DNA of 43,950 bases from Planctomycetales bacterium (GTDB lineage Bacteria; Planctomycetota; SBBH01), in contig SBBH01000211.1 of NCBI GenBank assembly GCA_005239795.1, forward strand, positions 1-43,950. The letters run 5' to 3'. The first letter of the stretch is position 1; the number at the start of each line of letters is the position of its first letter. Positions 18,426 through 27,723 of this stretch are shown here, piece after piece. Under the pieces are notes generated by a model. That model was not told the DNA's origin and did no database searches. It saw only the letters and a program-made list of their open reading frames with translations. A program made the translations under genes and the position numbers.

Positions 18426-20245
18426 CCCGAACGCTTCTTGAGGTGGACCCGCAGGACGCCGATGTCGGCGGGGGAGACCCCCGCGAGACGGGTCGCCTGC
18501 CCCAGCGAAGCGGGGCGCACGAGCGCCAGCTTCGATCGGGCTTCGGCCGAGAGTTCCTGGATCGCCAGATAATCGAGATCGGACGGGATCCGTTTCCCCT
18601 CAGCCTCCTTGAAGCGTTCGACCTGTTTTGCTTGGCGCTCGACATAGCCAGCGTATTTGCACTCGATCTCGACCTGTTGGGCGACGTCGGCGGCCAGGGC
18701 GGGAAGATCGCGGGGCCAGACTTCGGCCAGCGTCATTCCGGGGCGCCGCACGATCTGGTCGAGAGGAACGCCGTCTGCGTGTCGGCGCCGTAGGAGTGCG
18801 AGTGCCTCCTGGATGAGGCGTTCCTTATCGAGGGTCTTGTCATAGGTTGGTTTTGAAACAAGCCCCAGGCGGTAGCCGTGTCGGCGCAGGCGCCTGTCGG
18901 CGTTGTCCTGGCGCAGGAGGAGCCGGTACTCTGCCTGGGAGGTGAACATGCGGTAGGGTTCCTTAATCTCCTTCGTGACGAGGTCGTCGACGAGGACCCC
19001 GATGTAGGCTTCCGAGCGGTCGAGGACGAACGGATCCTTGCCGGAGAGTTTTAAGGCCGCGTTGACCCCGGCGACGAATCCCTGCACAGCCGCTTCCTCG
19101 TAGCCGGAGGTACCGCAGATCTGTCCCGCGAAATAGAGCCCTTCGACGCGCTTCGTCTCCAAGGTGGGATGGATCTGGTGGGTGGGGGCGAAGTCGTATT
19201 CCACCGCGTAGCCGTAACGCGTGATCCGAACGTTCGCCAGGCCCGGGATCGTCCGTACGAACGCTTCCTGAACGTCGGCGGGAATCGAGGTCGAGATGCC
19301 GTTGGGGTAGATCTCGTCGGTGCCCGCTCCCTCCGGCTCCAAGTAGATCCGGTGGCTTTCGACCTCGGGGAAGCGCATCACTTTGTCCTCAAGGCTCGGG
19401 CAGTAGCGCGGCCCCGTTCCTTGGATCGCCCCCGAGAACATCGGCGCCCGGTGGGCGTTCTCGCGCACGATCCGGTGGGTCTCGTGCGTCGTATGGGTCA
19501 GATGGCAAAGGACCTGCGGGCGGCCGATCCTCTCCGTGTCGAACGAGAAGGGGACGGGCGGGTCGTCCCCCGGCTGTACCGCGAGATTCGAAAAGTCGAT
19601 CGTGTGTGCGTCGAGGCGCGGCGGGGTCCCCGTTTTCAAGCGCCCCAGTGTGAATCCGAGCGCGGCGAGATTCTCGGAGATGCGCCGCGCCGGCGCTTCC
19701 CCAAAACGCCCCCCCTCGCGTTTTTCGTCCCCCACGTGCATGAGTCCCCGCATGAAGGTGCCGGGGGTGAGGACGATCGCGCGCGCGCGCAGTTCCCGGC
19801 CGTCCTCCGTGACGATACCCGCTGCGGCAGAGGCGTAGCCCGGCGCTTCGGCACGCTCCACTTGGATCCGGCCGACGAGCCCCTCAACAATCTCAAGGAG
19901 CGGCGTCGATTCGACGATCTGGCGCATCGTGTCGCTATAGCGCCGGCGGTCGCATTGGGCGCGCGGCGACTGCACCGCAGGCCCCTTGCTGCGGTTTAAA
20001 AGCCGGAATTGGATTCCGGCGTCGTCGGTGACGCGCCCCATGGCGCCCCCGAGGGCGTCGAGCTCCCGCACAAGCTGGCCCTTGGCTAGGCCTCCGATCG
20101 CGGGGTTGCAGGACATCCGGGCGATCGCCTCGCGCGCGCCCGTCACGAGGGCCGTCCGAAGCCCCATGCGGGCTGCCGCCAGGGCCGCCTCGCATCCGGC
20201 ATGTCCCGCCCCGATCACCAAGACGTCGAAGGAGCCGCTCTCCAT
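18422..20245 (-). CDS. mnmG: tRNA uridine 5-carboxymethylaminomethyl modification enzyme MnmG (GidA)
   Basis: MESGSFDVLVIGAGHAGCEAALAAARMG FAD fold, CNPAIGG, and conserved length (607 aa). This is only the 3' part of the 1380-aa track ORF. Confidence 0.95.
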   Translation of the reverse strand: MESGSFDVLVIGAGHAGCEAALAAARMGLRTALVTGAREAIARMSCNPAIGGLAKGQLVRELDALGGAMGRVTDDAGIQFRLLNRSKGPAVQSPRAQCDRRRYSDTMRQIVESTPLLEIVEGLVGRIQVERAEAPGYASAAAGIVTEDGRELRARAIVLTPGTFMRGLMHVGDEKREGGRFGEAPARRISENLAALGFTLGRLKTGTPPRLDAHTIDFSNLAVQPGDDPPVPFSFDTERIGRPQVLCHLTHTTHETHRIVRENAHRAPMFSGAIQGTGPRYCPSLEDKVMRFPEVESHRIYLEPEGAGTDEIYPNGISTSIPADVQEAFVRTIPGLANVRITRYGYAVEYDFAPTHQIHPTLETKRVEGLYFAGQICGTSGYEEAAVQGFVAGVNAALKLSGKDPFVLDRSEAYIGVLVDDLVTKEIKEPYRMFTSQAEYRLLLRQDNADRRLRRHGYRLGLVSKPTYDKTLDKERLIQEALALLRRRHADGVPLDQIVRRPGMTLAEVWPRDLPALAADVAQQVEIECKYAGYVERQAKQVERFKEAEGKRIPSDLDYLAIQELSAEARSKLALVRPASLGQATRLAGVSPADIGVLRVHLKKRSG

Positions 20246-20359
20246 AGGGCATGGATTGTGCCTCGCGGGGCCCGCGAGCGCAACCGGTTGAGGAGCGCGG
20301 CGCAATTCCCCTTGCGCCCGCCGCGGCCGTCGGTTAAATCTCTTGGTTTCGAGACACGC

Positions 20360-22192
20360 GTGGCCAGGGAAAAACGGACAACACAGAAAGACCCTCCCCC
20401 GAACGAAACCAAGGCCGCCCCCGAGATCGCCCAGAAGCTGGCGGCCAAGCAGCGCGAGATATCGATCTCGGAGTTCTTCACGAAGAACCGGCATCTCCTG
20501 GGGTTTGACAGCCCCCGGCGGGCCCTCCTGACCGCCGTCAAGGAGGCGGTGGACAATGCGCTGGATGCCTGCGAGGAAGCGGAGATCAAGCCGGAGGTCG
20601 CCGTGAAAATCGAGGCGGTCGCGAACGGCGCCGAGCCCCCCGCGAGCGTCTTCCAGGCGGAGCGCTTCCGCGTCACCGTCGAGGACAACGGCCCCGGGAT
20701 CGTGAAGGAGCAGATCTCGAAGATCTTCGCCAAGCTTCTCTACGGCTCGAAATTCCACCGCCTGCGGATGAGCCGAGGCCAGCAGGGGATCGGCATCTCG
20801 GCGGCGGGGATGTACGGGCAGTTGACGACCGGGAAACCCACGCGCGTCATCTCGCGGATCGGCTCCAAGAAGCAGGCGCACTACATGGAGATCGCGCTCG
20901 ACACGAAAAAAAACGAGCCGATCGTCGGGGTCAACCGGACGACCGACTGGGACCGCCCGCACGGGACCTCCGTCTCGATCGAGATGGAGGGGCGCTACGC
21001 CGAGGGGAGGCAGTCGATCGAGGAGTATCTCGAACAAACCTCGATCGCGAACCCCCACGTGGTGCTGACTTATGTCTCGCCCAAGGGGGAGACGAAGACC
21101 TATCCCGCGGCGGTGGCGGTTCTGCCGCACGCGCCCAAGGAGATCAAGCCGCATCCGCACGGGATCGAGCTGGGGATCCTCCTCAAGATGCTCCAGGACA
21201 CCCCCTCGCGGTGGGTGTCGGGGTTTCTCTCGAGCGATTTCTCGCGCGTTTCGCCGCGCCTGGCGGCTCAGATCTGCCGCGAGGCGGGGATCGACCCCAA
21301 GGCCAAGCCGCGCCGCCTCGGCGGGGCCGAGGCGGAAGCGCTCTACAAGGTGATCCAGAAAACGAAGATCATGGCGCCGCCGACGGATTGCCTGTCGCCC
21401 ATCGGCGAACCGCAGATCCTGGCGGGGCTCGCGAAGCAGATCCGGGCCGATTTCTATACGGCCGTCACGCGCCGCCCTGCGGTCTACCGCGGCAATCCTT
21501 TTGTAATCGAGGCGGGGCTTGCGTTCGGTTCCGGGAATTTCGCCCAGAAGCAAAAGGAAGCGGCAGAAGAGGGCCCGAAGGCGGAAGGGGAGGACAACGA
21601 CAAGGAGGTGGAGATGGCGCGCCTCATGCGCTTCGCCAACCGCGTGCCGCTCCTCTATCAACAATCCGCCTGCGCGATTCACAAATCGGTCATTGAGACG
21701 AACTGGCGCTCCTACGGCGTGGGGCAATCGCGCGGGGCGCTCCCGCAGGGTCCGATGGTGATCTTCGTTCACATGGCTTCGGTCTGGGTTCCTTTCACGA
21801 GTGAATCGAAGGAGGCGATCGCCTCCTATGACGAGATCCTGAAGGAGGTGAAGCTTGCCTTGCAGGAGGCGGGGCGGCGCCTCGGGGTCTACGTGCGCCG
21901 CCGGGAGCTGGCGCAGGCCGAGTTCAAGCGCCGGAACATCTTCGCTCTCTACATCCCCGAGGTCGCCGCCGCCACCCGGAAGTTGAAGGGGAAAGCGGTC
22001 GACATCGAGGCGTTGAAGGCCAGGCTCCAGAAGATGGCGGTGAAGCTCACCGGCGGCGAGAAGACGGACGCCCTGCTCAAAAAAAACAACCCCGTGGCCC
22101 AACTCCCGTCGACAATCGTCGCCGGGGAAGAAAACATCAAACAGCAAGCGCCAAACGACAAACAAACGGACAAAAGGAAGAAACGCCAATGA
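20360..22192 (+). CDS. top6B: DNA topoisomerase VI subunit B
   Basis: N-terminal REISISEFFTKNRHLLGF. Bergerat/GHKL boxes EAVDNALDA, VEDNGPGI and SRGQQGIG. The start (GTG 20360) is inferred, since ATG 20201 would overlap mnmG. Confidence 0.9.
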   Translation: MAREKRTTQKDPPPNETKAAPEIAQKLAAKQREISISEFFTKNRHLLGFDSPRRALLTAVKEAVDNALDACEEAEIKPEVAVKIEAVANGAEPPASVFQAERFRVTVEDNGPGIVKEQISKIFAKLLYGSKFHRLRMSRGQQGIGISAAGMYGQLTTGKPTRVISRIGSKKQAHYMEIALDTKKNEPIVGVNRTTDWDRPHGTSVSIEMEGRYAEGRQSIEEYLEQTSIANPHVVLTYVSPKGETKTYPAAVAVLPHAPKEIKPHPHGIELGILLKMLQDTPSRWVSGFLSSDFSRVSPRLAAQICREAGIDPKAKPRRLGGAEAEALYKVIQKTKIMAPPTDCLSPIGEPQILAGLAKQIRADFYTAVTRRPAVYRGNPFVIEAGLAFGSGNFAQKQKEAAEEGPKAEGEDNDKEVEMARLMRFANRVPLLYQQSACAIHKSVIETNWRSYGVGQSRGALPQGPMVIFVHMASVWVPFTSESKEAIASYDEILKEVKLALQEAGRRLGVYVRRRELAQAEFKRRNIFALYIPEVAAATRKLKGKAVDIEALKARLQKMAVKLTGGEKTDALLKKNNPVAQLPSTIVAGEENIKQQAPNDKQTDKRKKRQ

Positions 22193-22248
22193 TTCAAACG
22201 AGGTCTGCGTTTTTTGTTTGTGCGTTTGGCGTTTGTCGGTTTGTTTGG
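22150..22248 (+). repeat. imperfect long inverted repeat spanning the top6B stop codon
   Basis: 22159-22174 pairs with 22232-22247 at 15/16 positions. The alternative register 22150-22163 / 22216-22230 has one bulge. Both were checked by hand. Confidence 0.7.
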
Positions 22249-22289
22249 TGTTTGCTGTTGGCCTTTTGGTGTTTCGGGGGAGGTTTGTG

Positions 22290-23393
22290 ATGGTGAGAAG
22301 GCGCCTCAGCGATGTCGCCGTGAAATCGCGTTTGGAGGGACTGGCTGACGTCGTCCTCGACGCGGCCAAGAAAAGCAAGGACCCGGCGATCTCGATCCCG
22401 GTGCGCTCCCTCTCGAACGTCACGTTCGACCCCAAACGGCGTATCATCGAGATGGGCGAAAACACGCAGGACCGGACCTTCTTCAACCTGGGGATGGCGC
22501 GCAAATTCATGCAGACGATGCTGATCGGCGCCGCCTGCAAGGAGCTGTTCGAGGAAAAGGTCACGACGTCGCTGCGGGAGCTTTACTACCGCACGAAACA
22601 TACGCTGGCCGGCTCAAGCGAAAACACCTTCGACGACCAGGCGGAATCGGACCCCATCATCGAGGATCTCGAGGTGACGCTCGACTCCCTGCGCGAGGAG
22701 CTCCACGTGCGGGCCGAGAGCGCTGGGACGATCGTGGGGCCGGTGACCCTGGTCGACGACGGGGATGTGATCGACTGCGCGCGCCTCGGCAAGGGGGGAT
22801 ATGCCGTCCCCTCGATCGTGGAGCCCGAAGAGATCAAGATCAAGAAATGCTCCGCGAAATTCATTCTCCTGGTGGAAAAGGGGACGCAATGGAACCGCCT
22901 GTCGGAGGACAAATTTTGGAAGAAGCACAACTGCGTCCTCTTGACGGGGAACGGCCAGCCTCCGCGCGGGGTGAGGCGCCTCACGCGCCGTCTCCACGAC
23001 GAGTACAAGCTTCCGGTTTATGTCCTCGTCGACAACGACCCGTGGGGGTACTACATCTACTCGGTCGTCAAGCAGGGATCCATCAACCTGGCGTATGAGA
23101 GCCAGCGGATGGCGATCCCGGACGCCAAGTTCATCGGCCTTTCCAGCCGCGATCCCGAAAAGTACAAACTCCCCCGCAATGTCGGGATCAAGCTGAACGA
23201 CAAAGATATCTCCCGCGCCAAAGAGATCCTCGCTTACCCCTGGTTCAAGAAAAAGGAGTGGCAAGAGGAGATCAAGCACATGATTGCCTCGGGCCTGAAG
23301 TACGAGCTCGACGCCCTGGCCAACAAGAATTTTCGTTATCTCACCACCGACTACCTGCCCCGCAAGCTCAGGGAAAAAGATTGGTTGGATTAA
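22290..23393 (+). CDS. top6A: DNA topoisomerase VI subunit A (Spo11 family)
   Basis: Catalytic Tyr context SLRELYYRTK. Toprim LLVEKG and VLVDNDPWGYY. GGGGGAGG lies 6 nt before ATG 22290. Confidence 0.9.
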   Translation: MVRRRLSDVAVKSRLEGLADVVLDAAKKSKDPAISIPVRSLSNVTFDPKRRIIEMGENTQDRTFFNLGMARKFMQTMLIGAACKELFEEKVTTSLRELYYRTKHTLAGSSENTFDDQAESDPIIEDLEVTLDSLREELHVRAESAGTIVGPVTLVDDGDVIDCARLGKGGYAVPSIVEPEEIKIKKCSAKFILLVEKGTQWNRLSEDKFWKKHNCVLLTGNGQPPRGVRRLTRRLHDEYKLPVYVLVDNDPWGYYIYSVVKQGSINLAYESQRMAIPDAKFIGLSSRDPEKYKLPRNVGIKLNDKDISRAKEILAYPWFKKKEWQEEIKHMIASGLKYELDALANKNFRYLTTDYLPRKLREKDWLD

Positions 23394-24157
23394 TGCTCTT
23401 CCGTCAGCGCGTATTCCCGGCGCGTGACGGCGAGGGAAGCGATGGCGCACGCCGCGGCTGCCGTGGAGAGGACGATTCCCCACAGGAAGAGGGGAGAGCT
23501 GTCTAGGATCAGCAGGTCGGCGCTTTTTTCGGACCATGTGTCAGCGGGGAAGGGGAGGGCCTGGATCGATCGAAGGATCGGGACGAGTGTGACAGTGCGG
23601 GAGATGAACGGGACGTTTGAGAGCAAAACCTCGAAAAGGAGCCCCCAGAGGATTCCGACAGTTATGGCCCGCTGGGGGAAGAGGGTCCCCAGCGCCAAGG
23701 CTATGGGCGCATAGACGAGAATCGCCGCAACGGAAGCCTGCCAGGTGGCCCAGAGGAGCGGGGCGCCTCCAGGGCGCCCCGAGATGAGCCAGGCCAGAGG
23801 GACCGCGACAAGGATCGCGGCCTCCAGGGCGATCAAGACCCCAAGAAGGCGCCCCATCAGCATCTGCCAGCGTGGGATCGGACGGACCAAGAGGTAGGTC
23901 AGGGTCTTGCGTTCGATTTCGGTCTGCAGGAGAGGTCCCGCATAAAAGATCGCCAGCAGGAGACAGGTTGAACCGGGGAACAGAAGAAAGGAAGACTGGG
24001 TGGTTTTCTCGATGCCGTGTTTGTCGGCTGCAGGATTCGCAACGGCCACGGCGATGGGAAACGAGAGGAGCAACAGGAAGAAAAGGGCCCGTCGGCCCCG
24101 TAGGAACTGCATCATCTCGTAGCGTGCCGCTTCCGTCAGACATCTGAAGGAGGTCAT
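23390..24157 (-). CDS. ABC-2-type transporter permease
   Basis: About six hydrophobic helices. The start ATG overlaps the upstream ATPase stop (ATGA). Confidence 0.75.
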   Translation of the reverse strand: MTSFRCLTEAARYEMMQFLRGRRALFFLLLLSFPIAVAVANPAADKHGIEKTTQSSFLLFPGSTCLLLAIFYAGPLLQTEIERKTLTYLLVRPIPRWQMLMGRLLGVLIALEAAILVAVPLAWLISGRPGGAPLLWATWQASVAAILVYAPIALALGTLFPQRAITVGILWGLLFEVLLSNVPFISRTVTLVPILRSIQALPFPADTWSEKSADLLILDSSPLFLWGIVLSTAAAACAIASLAVTRREYALTEEH

Positions 24158-25098
24158 GCGCTCTCCTCCGCATCCACGAGGTAGCGGAAGACGGCGTCCA
24201 AGGAGTCGTCCTCCGAGATCATCGATCCCACGCGCACTCCTCCCCGCTCCACGAGGTCGGGGAGTTTTTCGAAGAAGGGGCCGGGTGTCCGCGTGCGCAC
24301 CGCGAGGGCCGACCCCTTGTCTCGGAGGTCGACCCCTTCTGCGACTCCTTCGGCGAGAAGGAGCTGGGCCAGGACCGCCGGCCGATCGCACCGCACAAGG
24401 AGCCGGTGAGGATGTTCATCCAGGAGCGAGCGAACCTCGCGGACGTTCCCCGAGGCCCGGATCCGACCGCGGTAGATGAGGAGGAACTCGTCCGTCATCG
24501 CTTGGACTTCATGCAGGATATGGGAGGAGACCAGGACGCTTTTTCCGGCCGCCGCCCAGGCGCGGATCCGGCGGGAGACGAATGCGCGCCCCTCCGGGTC
24601 GAGCCCGGTCATCGGTTCGTCGAGGATCAGAAGCTCGGGGTCGTGGGCGATGGCCTGGGCGAGCTTGGCGCGCTGACGCATCCCACGGGAGTACTCGCCC
24701 ATGGGGCGCTCCGCTACGTCGGCGAGGTTCAGGTCCGCGAGGACCTCTCGCGAACGCTTGAGCGCCTCCTTCGGCGCGATCCCGTGCAGGCGGAGCATCG
24801 TTTCGACGAATCTAAGGCCGGTGGTCGATGGGTCGAGGGCATCCTGCTCCGGACAGAATCCAATCCGCCGGAAAAGATTGGCTTCGCGCCACGGATCTTT
24901 TCCCAGGACGCGGACGCTCCCTTGCGTCGGTTTCATCTGTCCTGTGATGATCTTGAGAAAGGTGCTTTTTCCAGCGCCGTTGGGCCCCAGGAGTTCCGTG
25001 ATGCCGTGCTTGACGCGGACCGTGACGTCGTTGACCCCCACGACGTCGCCGAAGAACTTCGAGAGATCTTGAGCCGCGATGACGCCGTCTTCCATCAT
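24154..25098 (-). CDS. ABC transporter ATP-binding protein
   Basis: Walker A GPNGAGKST, signature YSRGMRQR, Walker B LLILDEP. ATGA overlaps at both ends. Confidence 0.9.
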   Translation of the reverse strand: MMEDGVIAAQDLSKFFGDVVGVNDVTVRVKHGITELLGPNGAGKSTFLKIITGQMKPTQGSVRVLGKDPWREANLFRRIGFCPEQDALDPSTTGLRFVETMLRLHGIAPKEALKRSREVLADLNLADVAERPMGEYSRGMRQRAKLAQAIAHDPELLILDEPMTGLDPEGRAFVSRRIRAWAAAGKSVLVSSHILHEVQAMTDEFLLIYRGRIRASGNVREVRSLLDEHPHRLLVRCDRPAVLAQLLLAEGVAEGVDLRDKGSALAVRTRTPGPFFEKLPDLVERGGVRVGSMISEDDSLDAVFRYLVDAEESA

Positions 25099-26191
25099 GT
25101 GAGTTGGCGCCCCCTGATCCGGAGGGAGAGTCCCATGAACGACACGAGGGTGATCCCTCCCAACAGGATCCACGGAACTCCTGCGGGTTCGTGGTTTTCA
25201 AAATCCCGGGTGATTTTTTTTAAATACTGCTCTGTTGGAGCGCCCACCTTCTTCCTGATGTGCGGAAGAAAATCGGTCGATTCCAGGACGCCGGGGACGT
25301 CGAAACACCGGCGGTTTGCTGCGGCGATGCTCTCGTTGAGCGTGATCGGCCACTGTCCCCGGCCCTCTCCTTTGAGGGGTACGCCGCCTATGCTGATATG
25401 GACACGGGAATCGCTGATCTTGGTCGGCTGGCTTTCTGGATCTGTCTCTCTATGAAATCTTGGGAAAAAAGAGGGAAGGAGCCAGACGGCCAGCCACAGG
25501 AGGAGCGCGTAACGGCTCTCCCGCACGAGGCTTGACAGGAAGAGAGCCAGAAAACTTGCGGGGAAGGCGAGCGCCAAAGAGGCAGCCAGGGCCTTGGCGA
25601 GGAGCGGCCACGTGGCGGCCAAGAGCCCCCAGGAGGGGACCAGGCACAGGCTTCCCACATAAAGAAAGAGCGCCGGCAGGAACGTCACCGACAGGGCGGC
25701 GGCGACGGGGACGGCGAGTTTCCCCAGGATGTAGTCCCAACGCGTGAGAGGGCGGGAGAACAAGAGCAGGAAGGTGCGTCCCCGGATATCTTCCGAGACA
25801 AGCCCGGGCGCCGTCAGGGTGATCGCCAAGAGTGCGGCGTAGATCTGGGTCGTCGAAAAGAAGGTTGCAAACAGGATCGTCCAGATCCCCGGGTGCAGAA
25901 CGGGATCCCCTGCCAGGTGCGCGACGGCCGTCCCCAGAAATCCAAAGAGGAACTGCTCGGCCATGGCGGGTCTCCCGGCCCTGTCGGCAGGGGTGCGTCC
26001 GGTGAGCCAGCCGATCGCCAGGAACAACGCGAGTAGAAGAGGACCGGGAGCCACGCGCACAAGATCAACCGGCGGAACAAGCATTTCTGGAATTGGCGGG
26101 CCAGGTCCGCTCGGGCGATCACCCACCAGCGCGTGGCAGGTGAGCCCAAGGGACCCTGCCAGGGGCGGTATCCTCTTTCAGCGATCGGCAT
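25095..26191 (-). CDS. ABC-type transporter permease with broken reading frame (ORFs 26191-25814 and 26126-25095)
   Basis: The protein-like N-terminus MPIAERGYRPWQGPLG...LILCAWLPVLFY is in one frame. The multi-TM body (LALFLAIGWL...) is in the -1 frame. The switch must lie near 26000-26060. Confidence 0.6.
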
Positions 26192-27113
26192 GGTTGCGTC
26201 CTGTGGTGGCCTCGAGGAATACCTCTTCCAAGGAGGTCCGCGCCGGCTCGATCCGGCGGAGCACCGCGCCGGCTGCCCGCGCCGCCAAGAAGAGGCGCGC
26301 CGGGAGGTTTTCCAGATCGCTTCCCGTGACGCGCAGGGAAATCTCGTCGATCCACTCGCCGGTCATCCCGTGGTCCGCCAGGGAGGCCGCGAAGCGGCCG
26401 GCATCTCCGTCGAGCGTTACCTGGTAGTGCAACCGGGCCGGCTTCTGGAGCTCCGCGAGGGGGCCAGCCAGGAGGATTTTCCCTTGTTCGAGGATCACCG
26501 CGCTGTCGCAGAGCGCCTCGACATCCGGTAAGAGGTGCGTCGACAGGATGACGCTTGCCCCGCGCACGCGCGCCACGAACTGAATCAGGCTGAGCATCCG
26601 CCGTCGGCTGGCCGGGTCGAGACCGTTGGTGGGCTCATCCAGGAAGATGAGCCGCGGGTCGTGCACAAGCGCCTGGGCGAGCTTCACCTTTTGGCGCATG
26701 CCGGTCGAGTAGGTCTGGACGGGGCGGTAGCGTTCCTCGGCCAGTCCTACGAAGTCGGCCAGCTCGTGCGCCCGTCCCAAAGCGGCGCGGCAGGGGAGCC
26801 CTGAGAGCTCCCCCAGGTAGGCGATCGAGCGGACGCCGCTCAAGGCCGGGAAAAAGCAATCGTCTTCCGGCATGTATCCGATCTGCTGACGGATCCGGCG
26901 GGGGTTTTTTTGAGGATCGATCCCCAAGACCTCAGCGCGCCCCCCGGCGATCGGAACGAGGCCCAGGAGGGTTTTGACCAGAGTCGATTTTCCTGCCCCG
27001 TTGGGGCCCAGGAGCCCCACGACGCCGGGTGTCAGCTGGAGGGAGATCCCCTTCAGGGCTTGGCGCGAGCCATATCGGACCTCCAAGGCCTCCGCATGAA
27101 TCATGGTAATCAC
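26178..27113 (-). CDS. ABC transporter ATP-binding protein
   Basis: Walker A GPNGAGKST, signature YSTGMRQK, Walker B LIFLDEP. Confidence 0.9.
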   Translation of the reverse strand: MITMIHAEALEVRYGSRQALKGISLQLTPGVVGLLGPNGAGKSTLVKTLLGLVPIAGGRAEVLGIDPQKNPRRIRQQIGYMPEDDCFFPALSGVRSIAYLGELSGLPCRAALGRAHELADFVGLAEERYRPVQTYSTGMRQKVKLAQALVHDPRLIFLDEPTNGLDPASRRRMLSLIQFVARVRGASVILSTHLLPDVEALCDSAVILEQGKILLAGPLAELQKPARLHYQVTLDGDAGRFAASLADHGMTGEWIDEISLRVTGSDLENLPARLFLAARAAGAVLRRIEPARTSLEEVFLEATTGRNHADR

Positions 27114-27119
27114 CGCATA

Positions 27120-27722
27120 CTAGATCCCCGCCGCCGCGAGCGCGCGGCCAAGGGGCTCTGAGAGTCCCGCGATTTCCGCCTGCTTTTTAAGATAGACGAG
27201 GTCCAAGCCGGACCTTTGGAGTTTGAGGACTCCCAGGATGTCCCGCCATTGCCGATCTGACATCCCTGCGCTTCGACGGTGCCAGTCGAGTTTCCGCAGG
27301 ACAATGTCCTCGGCGGAACTCATGAAAAGTTCCGAGTCTCCGACGCGGCAAAGGGATCGCCGGTCCATCTGGCCGCGCCCGAGCGGATCCAGCGGGTCCA
27401 AGATAAAGAAGTCGATCTTGTCTGCCGTCGCCTCATGGATGGCGCTGAACGAGTCATGGCGGGCGGCCGCATCCCGGGCGGCGCTTGGAGCCAGATGGAA
27501 ATCCGGCGCGAGGGCGGCCGACAGATCTTCCGCCTTGGCGGGCGGGAGGTCGATGAGGAGATCGGCATCCTGTGTCGACCGGGGCTCTCCTCGGGCCGCG
27601 CTCGCCATCGATCCACCGATGACGTATGGGATCTCGAGGCGGCCGAGGATTTCCACCGCGCGCAGGAGGCCGGCCAAAGGAGGAAAAGGAGGAAAGGAAG
27701 AGAGGGACTGCTCCCCTCCCAT
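27120..27722 (-). CDS. minimal nucleotidyltransferase-fold protein with helical C-terminal domain
   Basis: GGSMASAARGEPRSTQDADLLI fits the Pol-beta NTase pattern G[GS]-x(9-13)-D-x-[DE]. ATG 27722 lies 1 nt after the upstream stop. Confidence 0.65.
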   Translation of the reverse strand: MGGEQSLSSFPPFPPLAGLLRAVEILGRLEIPYVIGGSMASAARGEPRSTQDADLLIDLPPAKAEDLSAALAPDFHLAPSAARDAAARHDSFSAIHEATADKIDFFILDPLDPLGRGQMDRRSLCRVGDSELFMSSAEDIVLRKLDWHRRSAGMSDRQWRDILGVLKLQRSGLDLVYLKKQAEIAGLSEPLGRALAAAGI

Positions 27723-27723
27723 G

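Noticed and set aside
22218-22289. Hydrophobic 24-aa N-terminal extension of Top6A (MCVWRLSVCLVFAVGLLVFRGRFV)
   Set aside because: It is encoded by the GT-rich repeat and has no counterpart in Top6A proteins. A strong GGGGGAGG SD sits 6 nt before the internal ATG 22290.
18422-22564. 1380-aa minus-strand ORF, the longest in the track
   Set aside because: Only its last 607 codons (from MESGSFDVLVIGAGHAG at 20245) are protein-like and correspond to MnmG. The upstream part is Arg/Pro/Gly/Leu-rich antisense of the clearly genuine top6B/top6A genes. This is a typical stop-free shadow ORF of GC-rich DNA.
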